Shown piece after piece: positions 42,699-43,334 of a stretch of 43,334 nt of DNA. This DNA is from a virus (Duplodnaviria; Caudoviricetes). Under the pieces are notes generated by a model. The model was not told the origin of the DNA. It was given only the letters and a program-made list of their open reading frames with translations, and did no database searches. A program made the translations under genes and the position numbers. Positions within the stretch are counted from its first letter, which is position 1. Each line of letters starts with the position of its first letter. Location of the stretch: IMG/VR virus record IMGVR_UViG_3300027808_000052, positions 1 to 43,334 of that record, one strand, 5' to 3'.

Positions 42699-43271
42699 AT
42701 GTCTTCATTGAACCAACCGTTTGGCCTGCGACCTTCGTTCCACCCCACGGGTCTGGATCGTGCCGTCGCATTGCCTAACGGTATTGCTTCGGCCTACAAC
42801 ACTGGCATTTTAAAAGGCCAGCCTGTAGCGTTGAACACAAGCGGTAACATCGTCGCGGCCACAGCAGGCTCTGCCTACCAAGGCGCTTTTGCTGGTCACG
42901 AGTTTACCGACCTCACAGGTCGTCGTCTTGTCAGCAACCAATGGGTGGCAAACACTGCCTACCAAACTGGTTCGCAAGTGACTTACTACTACTCTGACCC
43001 GAATATCGTTTACGACATTCAGGCCAACGGTAGTCTGGCTCAGACCTCCATTGGAGATCAAGCAAACTTTGCAAGCATTACCGCTGGTTCCACAACCACT
43101 GGTTTGTCGCAATGCATGATTTCCACCTCGTTAGTAGGCTCAAGTGCTGTTGGTGATATGCGTATCATCGGCCTCACGCCTGCTGTTGACAACGATTGGG
43201 GCGATGCTTACACAGTAGTGCAAGTACAAGTCTCTCGTAGTCAGTTTGTTGCAACCATTAACGCCATCTAA
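42699..43271 (+). CDS. Capsid decoration / auxiliary protein-like
   Basis: PFGLRP...I.S.Y...I..G.PV...DPN.VY.IQ...GS.TTG.S; immediately before the major capsid gene; AAGGAG RBS. Confidence 0.65.
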   Translation: MSSLNQPFGLRPSFHPTGLDRAVALPNGIASAYNTGILKGQPVALNTSGNIVAATAGSAYQGAFAGHEFTDLTGRRLVSNQWVANTAYQTGSQVTYYYSDPNIVYDIQANGSLAQTSIGDQANFASITAGSTTTGLSQCMISTSLVGSSAVGDMRIIGLTPAVDNDWGDAYTVVQVQVSRSQFVATINAI

Positions 43272-43282
43272 GGAGTCCAATC

Positions 43283-43334
43283 ATGGCCGCACCAATGCGC
43301 AGTACGGACTTTAGAAGTATCGTCGAGCCTATCC
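43283..43334 (+). CDS. Probable major capsid protein, 3'-truncated (MAAPMRSTDFRSIVEPI...)
   Basis: AAGGAG RBS and the expected position after scaffold and decoration genes; only 17 codons visible. Confidence 0.6.
   Translation, partial: MAAPMRSTDFRSIVEPI

Overview
The whole window is tailed-phage DNA with a podovirus-like layout (no long tail or tape-measure gene). It starts inside a tail-fibre gene and ends in the first codons of the major capsid gene. The + strand carries tail fibre and chaperone, holin and M15 endolysin, adaptor, tail and nozzle genes, an acyl carrier protein plus a FabF/FabB-type ketoacyl synthase plus an unknown 148-aa gene, then five probable internal or ejection proteins and a terminator. 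A - strand block follows (SSB-like, two wHTH, PD-(D/E)XK nuclease, CxxCxxCC protein). After back-to-back promoters the + strand resumes with Cro-like, YdaU-type initiator, primase Zn finger, SF4 helicase, RusA, small ORFs, terS, terL, a 1529-aa multi-module protein, portal, GroES-like, scaffold, decoration protein and capsid. I saw no integrase, CI repressor, tRNA or CRISPR array. Two things stand out. (1) The ACP-ketosynthase cassette is translationally coupled into the tail/ejection operon, suggesting phage-directed acylation of virion proteins. (2) A shared xxxGG peptide signal (about 19 copies) marks module boundaries in four otherwise unrelated proteins, and two of them end in an identical ARGGLTLMR written with different codons, suggesting a common cleavage or capsid-loading system for injected effectors. 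All family assignments come from motif recognition by eye; no searches were run.
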